A stretch of 32,000 nucleotides of DNA from Methanococcus maripaludis (lineage in GTDB: Archaea; AGJL01; Methanococci; Methanococcales; Methanococcaceae), in the NCBI RefSeq assembly GCF_002945325.1, contig NZ_CP026606.1, positions 1,050,001-1,082,000 on the forward strand, written 5' to 3'. Below, piece after piece: positions 1 to 7,814 of the stretch (within the stretch, counting starts at the first letter, position 1; the number at the start of each line of letters is the position of its first letter). The position numbers were made by a program, and so were the translations under genes. The notes beneath the pieces are model-generated. The model ran no database searches, was not told the DNA's origin, and was given only the letters and a program-made list of their open reading frames with translations.

Positions 1-18
1 TTAAAAAAGGGATATATT

Positions 19-423
19 ATGGCAGAACCCGTAATTATGGCCTTTGTATGTTACCAGTGAGGATACGGTGCAGCCGATTTGGCTGGTACGAGCAGAATGC
101 AATACCCTGCATCAGTTAGAGCTATTAGAGTGCCATGTACTGGTAAATTCGATATTACCTATGCATTAAGAGCATTCCAAAAAGGCGCTGATGCTGTATT
201 CGTTGCAGGTTGAAAACCAAACGAATGTGCATTCGAAACTGGAAACTTCAAAGCTGAAGAAAGGGTTAAGTTTGGAAAACAGATCCTAGATGAACTCGGA
301 ATCGGTGGCGAAAGACTTGAGATGTTCTTCATGTCAGGTGCTGACGCAGGTAAATTTACCGAAGCAGTTAAAGAAATGACCGATAGAGTTAAAAAACTAG
401 GACCCAACCCAATCAAAGCGTAA
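19..423 (+). CDS. vhuD: F420-non-reducing [NiFeSe] hydrogenase subunit delta (VhuD/MvhD family), selenoprotein with two in-frame UGA codons (58-60 and 211-213)
   Basis: Reading from ATG 19 gives MAEPVIMAFVCYQ-U-GYGAADLAG...AVFVAG-U-KPNECAFETGN...PNPIKA, ending at TAA 421-423 (134 codons). There are no stops other than the two TGA. Both TGA fall where MvhD proteins carry cluster-ligand Cys (CxxC...AGC context). The gene lies directly upstream of vhuG/A. It is absent from the ORF track because of the TGAs. Confidence 0.88.
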
Positions 424-443
424 AACCGTTTAAAAAGAGAATG

Positions 444-476
444 AATTTTGCGGGGAACCAAAAGGACTCGTAAAAT
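444..476 (+). promoter_or_regulatory. Archaeal SECIS-like hairpin in the vhuD-vhuG spacer
   Basis: A 10-bp lower helix pairs 445-454 (AUUUUGCGGG) with 467-476 (CUCGUAAAAU), including 2 G-U pairs. The internal loop has GAA (455-457) on the 5' side and A466 on the 3' side. The upper helix is CC/GG with loop AAAA. This matches the archaeal SECIS plan (helix, GAA/A loop, short GC helix, small loop), and it sits 21 nt after the vhuD stop. Confidence 0.65.
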
Positions 477-522
477 GACTGCCCTCTGTGTAGGGAATTT
501 TTAACAATCACAAGGTGATTAA

Positions 523-1389
523 ATGGCAGATAAAGTTAAGGTAGGCATTATACAACTCTGCGGATGCTCTGGATGCCATATATCACTACTTGATTTACAC
601 GAAGGCCTTTTGGACGTTCTTCCAGCTTTGGAAATTGTATACGCTCCAATCATTGCTGACGTAAAAGAAATTCCTGATGTTGACGTATTCTTAGTCGAAG
701 GCGGAGTAAGAAGCGAACACGATGAACACTTGATTCATGAAATCAGGGAAAAATCAAAAGTAGTGATTGCATGGGGATCCTGTGCAGCTTTCGGAGGTAT
801 TCCGGGACTTGGCAATATGTATACTCCAGAACAACTTAAAGAAACAGTTTATACGACAGTTTCAACAGATAACCCTGGAGTTATTCCAACTGAAGGAGTT
901 CCTGAACTAACTACTGAGGTAAGGGCTATTTCTGATGTAGTTAAAGCAGATTACGTAATTCCTGGATGTCCTCCAAAACCTGCACTAACCGCAGGGGCAA
1001 TTGTTGCATTATTGGAAGGAAAAGATCCAGTATTACCGACAAAAATTGTATGTGATGAATGTCCAAGAACAAAAGAGAATGTATTCCCTAAAGAGTTCAA
1101 GAGATCCTTTGAAGGAACTCCTGATCCAGAGAAATGTCTCTTTGAACAAGGATACACATGCATGGGTATGGCTACAAGAGCAGGCTGTGGTGCAATGTGT
1201 CCATCAGCAAATATGCCTTGTAGAGGATGCTACGGTAAAACTGATGAAACTTTGGATCAAGGGGCAGCAGCTGCAAACACTTATGCAAATGCAGGAGAAG
1301 CAGCGCTTGAAATCCCGGATAAGGTTGCAACACTAAACAGATTCACGTTACCTGTTGCTTTAGTATCCAAAAAAATCCAAAAAGAATAA
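523..1389 (+). CDS. vhuG: F420-non-reducing hydrogenase small subunit (VhuG)
   Basis: 288-aa ORF. It has the N-terminal CGCSGC motif, further Cys clusters (GSCAAFGG, PGCPP, C-terminal CxxC/CP motifs) typical of [NiFe] hydrogenase small subunits, and RBS-like AAGGTGA upstream. It lies between vhuD and vhuA. Confidence 0.92.
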   Translation: MADKVKVGIIQLCGCSGCHISLLDLHEGLLDVLPALEIVYAPIIADVKEIPDVDVFLVEGGVRSEHDEHLIHEIREKSKVVIAWGSCAAFGGIPGLGNMYTPEQLKETVYTTVSTDNPGVIPTEGVPELTTEVRAISDVVKADYVIPGCPPKPALTAGAIVALLEGKDPVLPTKIVCDECPRTKENVFPKEFKRSFEGTPDPEKCLFEQGYTCMGMATRAGCGAMCPSANMPCRGCYGKTDETLDQGAAAANTYANAGEAALEIPDKVATLNRFTLPVALVSKKIQKE

Positions 1390-1430
1390 ACAAATACTTT
1401 CAAAAAACATAATTTAAGGATGGTGACTCT

Positions 1431-2687
1431 ATGGGTAAGGTTACTATCGAACCTCTATCCCGTTTAGAAGGGCACGGTAAGGTTTCAATAACCTTAGATG
1501 ATGCGGGAAAACCAACAGATGTAAAATTACATATTACTGCCCTTAGAGGATTCGAACAGTTTGTTGTAGGACGACCTGCAGAGGAAGTACCAAGAATAGT
1601 ACCAAGAATTTGTGGAATTTGCCAGACTCCGCACCACTTGGCAAGTGTTAAAGCAGTAGATGCTGCATGGGGTGCAGAAGTACCAAGTGCAGCCGAAAAA
1701 TTAAGAGAATTAATGCATCTTGGAAACATGATGCATTCTCACGCATTGCACTTCTATTACTTGGCAGCTCCTGACTTTGTACTTGGTCCTGATTCAGATC
1801 CTGCAGCTAGAAACATTATTGGAGTTATTGGCGCAGCTCCTGAAGTTGCTAAAAAAGCAATTGCAATGAGACGAGTTGGTCAATCAATTGTTGAAACAAT
1901 TGGTGGTAGAGCAATTCACCCTGTTACAGGAGTTCCTGGTGGGGTATCCAAAGCATTGAGCGAAGAAAAAAGAGACGAATTATTAAAAGAAATTGACGAA
2001 ATGATCGCATATGGTCAAGACGGTATCGCTCTTATCAAATCACTCAATGAAAAATACATGGATGTTGTAAAATCACTCGGTGTAATTGATACCTGGTATT
2101 TAGGTATGGTAAAAGAAGGTAAACACAATTTCTACGGGGACACATTAAGATTCATGTCACCTGATGGAAAACAAACTACCGACTTTAAACCTTCAGAATA
2201 CTTAGATAACATCGGTGAACACGTTGTAGGACACAACTACGTTAAATATCCATACAACAAAAAAGTTGGATATCCTGACGGTCTCTACAGAGTGGGCCCA
2301 TTAGCAATGCTTAATGTATGTGATTCAATGCCTACGCCTCTTGCCGAAGAAGCTAGAAAAGATTTCGCAGACACTTTCGGAAAACCTGCAAACCAATCAT
2401 TAGCATACAATCATGCAAGATTGATAGAATTGCTCGCTTCATGCGAAAGAGTCAAAGAACTTTTAGAAGACTCAGAAATAACTTCAACAGACATTAAAGC
2501 AGAAGTTGAACCAAAAGCAGGAAATGGTGTTGGTGCGATTTACGCTCCAAGAGGTACTTTATTCCACAATTATGAAACAGATGATAAAGGAATTGTTGTT
2601 AAAGCAAACATGATTGTAGCTTCAACACACAACGTACCTACCATGGAAAAAGCTATCCAACAAGCTGCAGAAGTTGTCTTCAAATAA
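1431..2687 (+). CDS. vhuA: F420-non-reducing [NiFeSe] hydrogenase large subunit lacking the C-terminal Ni-ligand segment (VhuA)
   Basis: 418-aa ORF with the N-terminal RICGICQTPH Ni-binding motif (RxCGxCxxxH). It ends (…AAEVVFK) before the usual C-terminal DPCxxCxxH motif. That motif is supplied by the next small gene. Confidence 0.93.
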   Translation: MGKVTIEPLSRLEGHGKVSITLDDAGKPTDVKLHITALRGFEQFVVGRPAEEVPRIVPRICGICQTPHHLASVKAVDAAWGAEVPSAAEKLRELMHLGNMMHSHALHFYYLAAPDFVLGPDSDPAARNIIGVIGAAPEVAKKAIAMRRVGQSIVETIGGRAIHPVTGVPGGVSKALSEEKRDELLKEIDEMIAYGQDGIALIKSLNEKYMDVVKSLGVIDTWYLGMVKEGKHNFYGDTLRFMSPDGKQTTDFKPSEYLDNIGEHVVGHNYVKYPYNKKVGYPDGLYRVGPLAMLNVCDSMPTPLAEEARKDFADTFGKPANQSLAYNHARLIELLASCERVKELLEDSEITSTDIKAEVEPKAGNGVGAIYAPRGTLFHNYETDDKGIVVKANMIVASTHNVPTMEKAIQQAAEVVFK

Positions 2688-2702
2688 GCAACGGTGGTAA
2701 AG

Positions 2703-2837
2703 ATGGTAGATGAGGCAAAATTAAATTTAATCGAGATCGTGCTAAGAGCATACGATCCATGATATTCATGTGCAGCGCACATGATTGTAAAAGACGAACA
2801 AGGAAAAGTTCTCCTTGAAGTCAAAAAAGAAGAATAA
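2703..2837 (+). CDS. vhuU: Hydrogenase large-subunit C-terminal selenopeptide (VhuU), UGA-Sec at 2760-2762
   Basis: ATG 2703 is preceded by GGTGG. Translation: [44 protein letters not shown], ending at TAA 2835-2837. DPUxxCxxH is the Sec version of the C-terminal [NiFe] ligand motif. It is not in the ORF track because it is short and contains a TGA. Confidence 0.9.
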
Positions 2838-2840
2838 AAC

Positions 2841-2875
2841 TTCTCTAACCGAACCCTAAACGGGAGGCTAGGGAA
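2841..2875 (+). promoter_or_regulatory. Archaeal SECIS element downstream of vhuU
   Basis: The lower helix pairs 2841-2850 (UUCUCUAACC) with 2866-2875 (GGCUAGGGAA): 9 of 10 positions pair, with one A/C mismatch. The internal loop is GAA (2851-2853) opposite A2865. The upper helix is CCC (2854-2856)/GGG (2862-2864) with loop UAAAC. It starts 4 nt after the vhuU stop. Confidence 0.78.
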
Positions 2876-2926
2876 ACCTTCAATAGAAGGCCCCATACCT
2901 TTAAAAATTTTTTCGGGGGTTGTCAT

Positions 2927-4114
2927 TTGGCAGGAATATCTATTCAAGAGGATGCTTGCCTTGTGTGTAATGCCTGTGCGAAGGCATGCCCTACAGAGGC
3001 AATAGAGATTGCCCCCTTTAAGACATGTATTCAGTGCTTTAGTTGTGCTACTGCATGTCCGACAGGGGCATTAGTTGAAAAAGACGGAAAGTTAGTTTTC
3101 AATGGAAGCAAATGTGATTTGGACGGAGCATGTCAAAAAGCATGCCCTGTAGGAATCAAAAAAGTAGATGACAGATTCCCATACTCCAAAGGACACTGTG
3201 TTCTCTGTGAGAAATGTGTTGATATCTGCCCTGCTGAAATAATTTCACTTCCTGGAAAAGCCGAAAAGCCTAAAAAAGAAATAATCATTCCACAAGAACC
3301 AATTGCAGTTACAAAAGACTGTGTTGCTTGTGGCGTATGTGTTCCAGAGTGTCCGGTTGATGCAATATCCATCGAAGATATCGCAGTAATTGATACAGAC
3401 AAGTGTATATACTGTACTGTATGTTCACAAACTTGTCCATGGAACGCAATCTTTGTAGCTGGAAAACTGCCTCAAAAAAGACAGAAAACAATCAAATCTT
3501 TCACAGTTAATGAGGAAGAATGTATTGGTTGTGAGAAGTGTGTTGAAGCATGTCCTGGTTCAATGATTGAGTACAATGGTGAAGCTTTAGGTGTTAAATT
3601 ACCAGGGGCATGCCCTGCATGTGGACTCTGTGTAGAAAGCTGTCCAGTTGAAGTTATTAGCTTGGAAGTTGAATATGCAAGCGCAAAACCAGTTACTGAC
3701 GAAGGTCTAGTCTGGTCAGAAGAAAAATGTGCATACTGCGGACCTTGTGCAATCAAATGTCCAACAGGTGCAATAAAAGTAGTTAATCCGAAAGGATTAG
3801 AATTACCTTCAAAGAAAAAAACCGAAAAAGCAAACGAATTCGCAATGTGTATTCGATGTGGTGCCTGTGCAATGAAGTGTCCAACCGGCGCTTTAAAAAT
3901 GGGCAAAATGGTTCATGAAGGTAAAGAATACGCAAGAGTTGAATTTAGCCCTGCATTATGTAATGAATGCGGCGAATGTGTAGATGTATGTCCACAGAAA
4001 ACACTGGAACTCACCGGTGACGACAAAATGCCTCTTAAAGGTTACTGTGTAATGTGCTTGAAATGTATTGAAGCATGCAACAAAACCAAAAAAGAAGCAT
4101 TATCATTGAAATAA
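2927..4114 (+). CDS. vhuB: Polyferredoxin associated with the Vhu hydrogenase (VhuB)
   Basis: 395-aa ORF containing 12 CxxCxxCxxxCP-type [4Fe-4S] motifs. I counted 11 canonical motifs plus one [12 protein letters not shown] variant; the last motif ends in CN. An apparent TTG start at 2927 is preceded by GGGGGT. Its position after vhuU matches the vhu operon. Confidence 0.9.
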   Translation: MAGISIQEDACLVCNACAKACPTEAIEIAPFKTCIQCFSCATACPTGALVEKDGKLVFNGSKCDLDGACQKACPVGIKKVDDRFPYSKGHCVLCEKCVDICPAEIISLPGKAEKPKKEIIIPQEPIAVTKDCVACGVCVPECPVDAISIEDIAVIDTDKCIYCTVCSQTCPWNAIFVAGKLPQKRQKTIKSFTVNEEECIGCEKCVEACPGSMIEYNGEALGVKLPGACPACGLCVESCPVEVISLEVEYASAKPVTDEGLVWSEEKCAYCGPCAIKCPTGAIKVVNPKGLELPSKKKTEKANEFAMCIRCGACAMKCPTGALKMGKMVHEGKEYARVEFSPALCNECGECVDVCPQKTLELTGDDKMPLKGYCVMCLKCIEACNKTKKEALSLK

Positions 4115-4143
4115 ACCATTCCCATTTTTTTTGGGTGATAAAA

Positions 4144-5448
4144 GTGGAAGTGTTTAAGAATGTCGTATGTCCATTCTGTGGGACTCTTTGCGATGATATT
4201 GAAGTTCTTGTAGAAAATAACCATGTAGTTGGGACTAGAAATGCATGCAGAATCGGAAATGCAAAATTTATGCACTTCGAGGGCGCTGTAAGACATGAAT
4301 CTCCTCTTATGAGGGAAAATAAGAAGGATGACTTTAAAAAGGTTGACTACGAGACTGCAACAGAAGAAACCGCAAGGTTACTCGTCGAAGCAAAGTTACC
4401 GCTCATTTACGGGTGGAGTTCTGCGGAATGCCATGCACAGCAATTAGGTGTATTATTGGCTGAAAAAACGAAAGCTATTGTGGATAACACCGCGAGTGTT
4501 TGACACGGGCCTTCACTTTTAGCTGTACAGGATGTAGGATACCCTGTTTCAACATTAGGAGAAACTAAAAACAGAGCAGACGTTGTCTTGTTCTGGGGTT
4601 CAAACCCAATGCATGCTCACCCAAGACACATGAGCAGGTACTCAGTATTCCCAAGAGGATTCTTTAGACAAAGAGGTAAACAGGACAGACAGATGATTGT
4701 GGTAGATCCGAGAAAAACGGATACTGCAAAACTCGCTGACATTCACCTCCAAGTGGAGCCTCATAAGGATTATGAGCTTGTAAGTGCTCTTAGAGCTGCA
4801 GCAAAAGGATTTAATATTGAAGCTGAACAGGTAGCTGGTGTTCCAACGGAAACCATCTACGAAGCAGTCGACATCTGTAAAAATGCCCAGTTCGGTTCAC
4901 TCTTCTTTGCGATGGGTGTAACAATGAGCAGGGGAAAACACAGAATTATTGACAATGCTATTCAGTTTGTAATTGACATGAATGCATATACTAAGTTTGT
5001 ATTGACTCCAATGAGGGGACACTACAACGTTAACGGATTCAATCAGGTTTCAACCTGGGTTACTGGATACCCCTACGGTGTAGACTTCTCAAGAGGGTAC
5101 CCAAGATACAATCCGGGAGAAACTGCTTCAAACGATGTATTGCAGAGAGGAGACACCGACATGATGATCAACGTTGCATCAGATGCAGGTGCACACTTCC
5201 CTCAAAAAGCAGTACAGCACATGGCAAAAATCCCGCTTGTATGTATCGATCCTCACGAAACTCCATCATCTGTAATTTCCAATATTGTACTTCCTCCAGC
5301 AATAACCGGACTTGAAGTTTCAGGAACTGCTTACAGAATGGACGGTGTTCCAATCGAACTAAGAAAAGTCATCAAAGCTCCTGAAGGAATGCTTTCCGAT
5401 GCAGAAATAATGAAAATGTTGATCAAAAAGGTCGACGAAATGAAATAA
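4144..5448 (+). CDS. fwuB: Formylmethanofuran dehydrogenase subunit B, selenocysteine form (UGA at 4501-4503)
   Basis: ORF-track pieces 4075-4503 and 4588-5448 are in the same frame, and the TGA at 4501 is the only stop between them. The read-through gives …[23 protein letters not shown]…[13 protein letters not shown]… The N-terminal [10 protein letters not shown] Fe-S motif and molybdopterin-oxidoreductase-like body fit FwdB/FmdB. The likely start is GTG 4144, after GGGTGA at 4133-4138. Sec is codon 120. Confidence 0.87.
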
Positions 5449-5485
5449 TTAAATTTCGGTATCCTACGACTGAAGAAAATAACTC

Positions 5486-5516
5486 GTTGAACGGAAACCT
5501 TTATGGACCTTTCAAC
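5486..5516 (+). promoter_or_regulatory. Candidate (variant) SECIS hairpin in the fwuB 3' UTR
   Basis: The lower helix pairs GUUGAACGG (5486-5494) with CCUUUCAAC (5508-5516), with one C/U mismatch. The internal loop is AAA (or GAAA if G5494 is unpaired) opposite A5507. The upper helix is CC/GG with loop UUUAU. This is the same plan as the vhuD element, but the GAA motif is not clean. It is followed by an oligo-T run at 5524-5530. Confidence 0.45.
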
Positions 5517-5657
5517 AAAAATCTTTTTTTAAATTATTTATTTCAAAATTACTCTGGTTTTAAAGAATCTATTTTAATTTATTAAATATGGAAAAATTAT
5601 ATAATTTACAAGTTTGAAATTCATTTTTAGATTTAATTATTTGATTCGGGTGTTTTT

Positions 5658-6326
5658 ATGGAAATTATACCAGTTATTGATTTAATGAATGGATTGGCAG
5701 TTTCTGGAAAAAGTGGAAATAGAAAAGAATATGTTCCAATAAAATCCGTATTATGTGATTCTTCAGATCCCCACGATGTAATTAAAAAATACAACGAAAA
5801 TGGGGCAAAAAAAGTATATATCGCAGATTTAAACTCGATAATGGGTACCGGAAACAATTTTGAAATTGTAAAAAGTCTCGATATTTTTAAAATTGTTGAT
5901 TTTGGAGTTACTGATAAAAAAGATTTAGAAAACGTCAAAAAATGTGTCAATATGACGATTCTTGGAACTGAAACTCTAAATGATATTTCGATTTTAAAAG
6001 AAGGAAATATTATTTTAAGCCTTGATTTTAAGGATGGAAAACTTTTAAATTATGATTTAGATGACATTTTAAGTAAAGTCGATAAAAAAACTCCGTTAAT
6101 AATACTGGATATCTCATCAGTTGGAACTCAAAAAGGAATTAACGTGGAATTAATAAAAGATATATTGAAAAAAACCGATAATCCAATATACATTGGTGGT
6201 GGAATTAAATCTGAGGATGACTTAAAAATTTCAAAGGAACTTGGAATTTCCGGAGTTTTGATTGGAACTACAATACACAATGGAAAACTCGATTTAAAAA
6301 AAATAATTCAAAAGTACGGGGAATAG
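5658..6326 (+). CDS. HisA/HisF-fold (beta/alpha barrel) family protein, function not assignable
   Basis: 222-aa ORF starting MEIIPVIDLMNGLAV…, with YIADLN, LILDISSVGT and IGGGI…SGVLIGT segments. These are typical of the HisA/HisF phosphate-binding barrel. Its stop lies 1 nt from the comE start. Confidence 0.65.
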   Translation: MEIIPVIDLMNGLAVSGKSGNRKEYVPIKSVLCDSSDPHDVIKKYNENGAKKVYIADLNSIMGTGNNFEIVKSLDIFKIVDFGVTDKKDLENVKKCVNMTILGTETLNDISILKEGNIILSLDFKDGKLLNYDLDDILSKVDKKTPLIILDISSVGTQKGINVELIKDILKKTDNPIYIGGGIKSEDDLKISKELGISGVLIGTTIHNGKLDLKKIIQKYGE

Positions 6327-6327
6327 T

Positions 6328-6885
6328 ATGGAACTTACAAGATATGAAATTATTAAAATTTTAATGGAATACGTGACCGATGAAATAGTTGTTTGTAACA
6401 TCGGAATTCCAAGTAAAGAACTCTTTAAAATTAACGATAGGGAAAAAAACTTCTACATGTTAGGATCGATGGGTCTGTCATCATCCATCGGACATGGATT
6501 AGCACTTTCTGTAAATGAAAAGGTAATTGCAATTGATGGAGATGGTTCTGTATTGATGAACATGGGCTCTCTTGCAACAATTGGAAAAACAGCTCCAAAA
6601 GACTTTTTATTATTAATTGTTGACAACTGCGCTTATGGATCAACTGGAAATCAGGAAACTCATTCAACATGTACTGATTTATACCAAGTTTCAAAAGCAT
6701 GCGGAATAGATTCAATTGGCGTATTTAATGAAGAACAGCTTAGAGAGGCAGTTAAACTTGTATTAACTGAATCTGGTACAAAAGTAATTATTGCAAAAGC
6801 AAGACCGCACAATGAAAACGTTCCAAACATAAACTTGGTTCCAACTGAAATAAAACACAGATTTATGAATTCGATAAAAAAATAA
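6328..6885 (+). CDS. comE: Sulfopyruvate decarboxylase beta subunit (coenzyme M biosynthesis), TPP-binding
   Basis: 185-aa ORF. It contains NIGIPSKELF…DREKNFYMLGSMGLSSSIG and the TPP motif IDGDGSVLMNMGSL…VDNCAYGSTGNQ. I recall this closely resembling the methanococcal ComE sequence. Confidence 0.78.
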   Translation: MELTRYEIIKILMEYVTDEIVVCNIGIPSKELFKINDREKNFYMLGSMGLSSSIGHGLALSVNEKVIAIDGDGSVLMNMGSLATIGKTAPKDFLLLIVDNCAYGSTGNQETHSTCTDLYQVSKACGIDSIGVFNEEQLREAVKLVLTESGTKVIIAKARPHNENVPNINLVPTEIKHRFMNSIKK

Positions 6886-6897
6886 TAAATAAAAAAG

Positions 6898-7590
6898 TTA
6901 TTTTCCCAAAAATTTATTTTTAAAGTTTAAAATATTTTCATAATCCTGATTTATTGGATATCCGACAATAATATGGTCTTTAAATTTATTTAAATCTTCA
7001 TTTTTCAAGTCTTCAAGTGAAATTATGAAATCCTGCCAGTTTCCGTGATAATTTTCACGTCTTCCAAGGTAGTTTTTCATGGAATCCAATATATTTTCAT
7101 CCATTTTTTCAACATATGGTATGTAAACTGCTTTTTTAGACGAAATATCTGGATTTTCACAGCCGTAAACATAGTAAGAAATTAAATCGTTTTTTTCGAT
7201 AAAATCCTGTACCAGATTTTCAACACCTTCGGTTCCAACCCAGATTTTATTTTCGTAAGTTATTGCTTTTTCTAAAATATCTAAAATCCTTGTTTTTTGG
7301 AAATTAGATTCTTTTTTTGAAAGATAAGCCTTATTTCCTAAAACAACGCAGATATCAAAGTCATATGACGCATATTTTTCTAAAAGTTCAAAAGAATCGT
7401 TTCTTTTACTTTGAACAGTTAAAACTGCTTTTTTCAAACTTTCAAGAATACTTTCATCTAGCAAAGTAGTTTCAGCATCTATAACGTGGTAATCAAAAGA
7501 TTTTGAAACATTTTTATTTATTTCAAGCAATATGTCATAATCATAATTGATTTTAGTCAATTTTGTTGCAATTGCAAGCATTTTTTTCAC
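6898..7590 (-). CDS. Hypothetical soluble protein (230 aa), last gene of the cbf5-ferredoxin operon
   Basis: Long ORF with coding-like composition. Its start lies 2 nt after the ferredoxin stop. I recognise no motif. Confidence 0.6.
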   Translation of the reverse strand: MKKMLAIATKLTKINYDYDILLEINKNVSKSFDYHVIDAETTLLDESILESLKKAVLTVQSKRNDSFELLEKYASYDFDICVVLGNKAYLSKKESNFQKTRILDILEKAITYENKIWVGTEGVENLVQDFIEKNDLISYYVYGCENPDISSKKAVYIPYVEKMDENILDSMKNYLGRRENYHGNWQDFIISLEDLKNEDLNKFKDHIIVGYPINQDYENILNFKNKFLGK

Positions 7591-7592
7591 GT

Positions 7593-7808
7593 TTATTCTT
7601 CAGTTTCAACGGTAATTGCCTGATCTGGACACTCTAATATGCAGAGCTGGCAGTTTGTGCATTCTTTTGGATTTACTGGGTTTGGCGGGTAAATTCCTTT
7701 TTTATTTAGTGTTTCGGACTTTTTGTAAACGTCTTTTGGACACACTTCTATGCAGATGTCGCAGCCTTTACAGTAATTTTCGTCAATTATGATCTTCATA
7801 ATATTCAC
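7593..7808 (-). CDS. 2x[4Fe-4S] dicluster ferredoxin (71 aa)
   Basis: Two motifs, CKGCDICIEVCP and CTNCQLCILECP. Size and layout resemble the small delta-type ferredoxin subunits of 2-oxoacid:ferredoxin oxidoreductases. Confidence 0.85.
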   Translation of the reverse strand: MNIMKIIIDENYCKGCDICIEVCPKDVYKKSETLNKKGIYPPNPVNPKECTNCQLCILECPDQAITVETEE

Positions 7809-7814
7809 CGCTAA

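Noticed and set aside
159-461. 100-aa ORF on the minus strand at the start of the window
   Set aside because: It lies entirely antisense to the vhuD reading frame, which has strong family motifs once the two UGA codons are read as Sec. Its composition is a shadow of the sense frame.
951-3906. Several 60-144-aa ORFs overlapping vhuG, vhuA, vhuU and vhuB in other frames or on the other strand (951-1163, 1001-1336, 1400-1729, 2570-2947, 3133-3402, 3309-3491, 3472-3906)
   Set aside because: They are nested in genes with unambiguous hydrogenase and polyferredoxin motifs. The antisense ORFs in vhuB are a by-product of the periodic Cys-rich codon pattern. None has a motif or an RBS.
4075-4143. N-terminal 23 codons of the ORF-track entry 4075-4503
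   Set aside because: This stretch overlaps the end of vhuB and crosses a T8 tract. A GTG at 4144 with a GGGTGA RBS gives the conserved [13 protein letters not shown]-type N-terminus.
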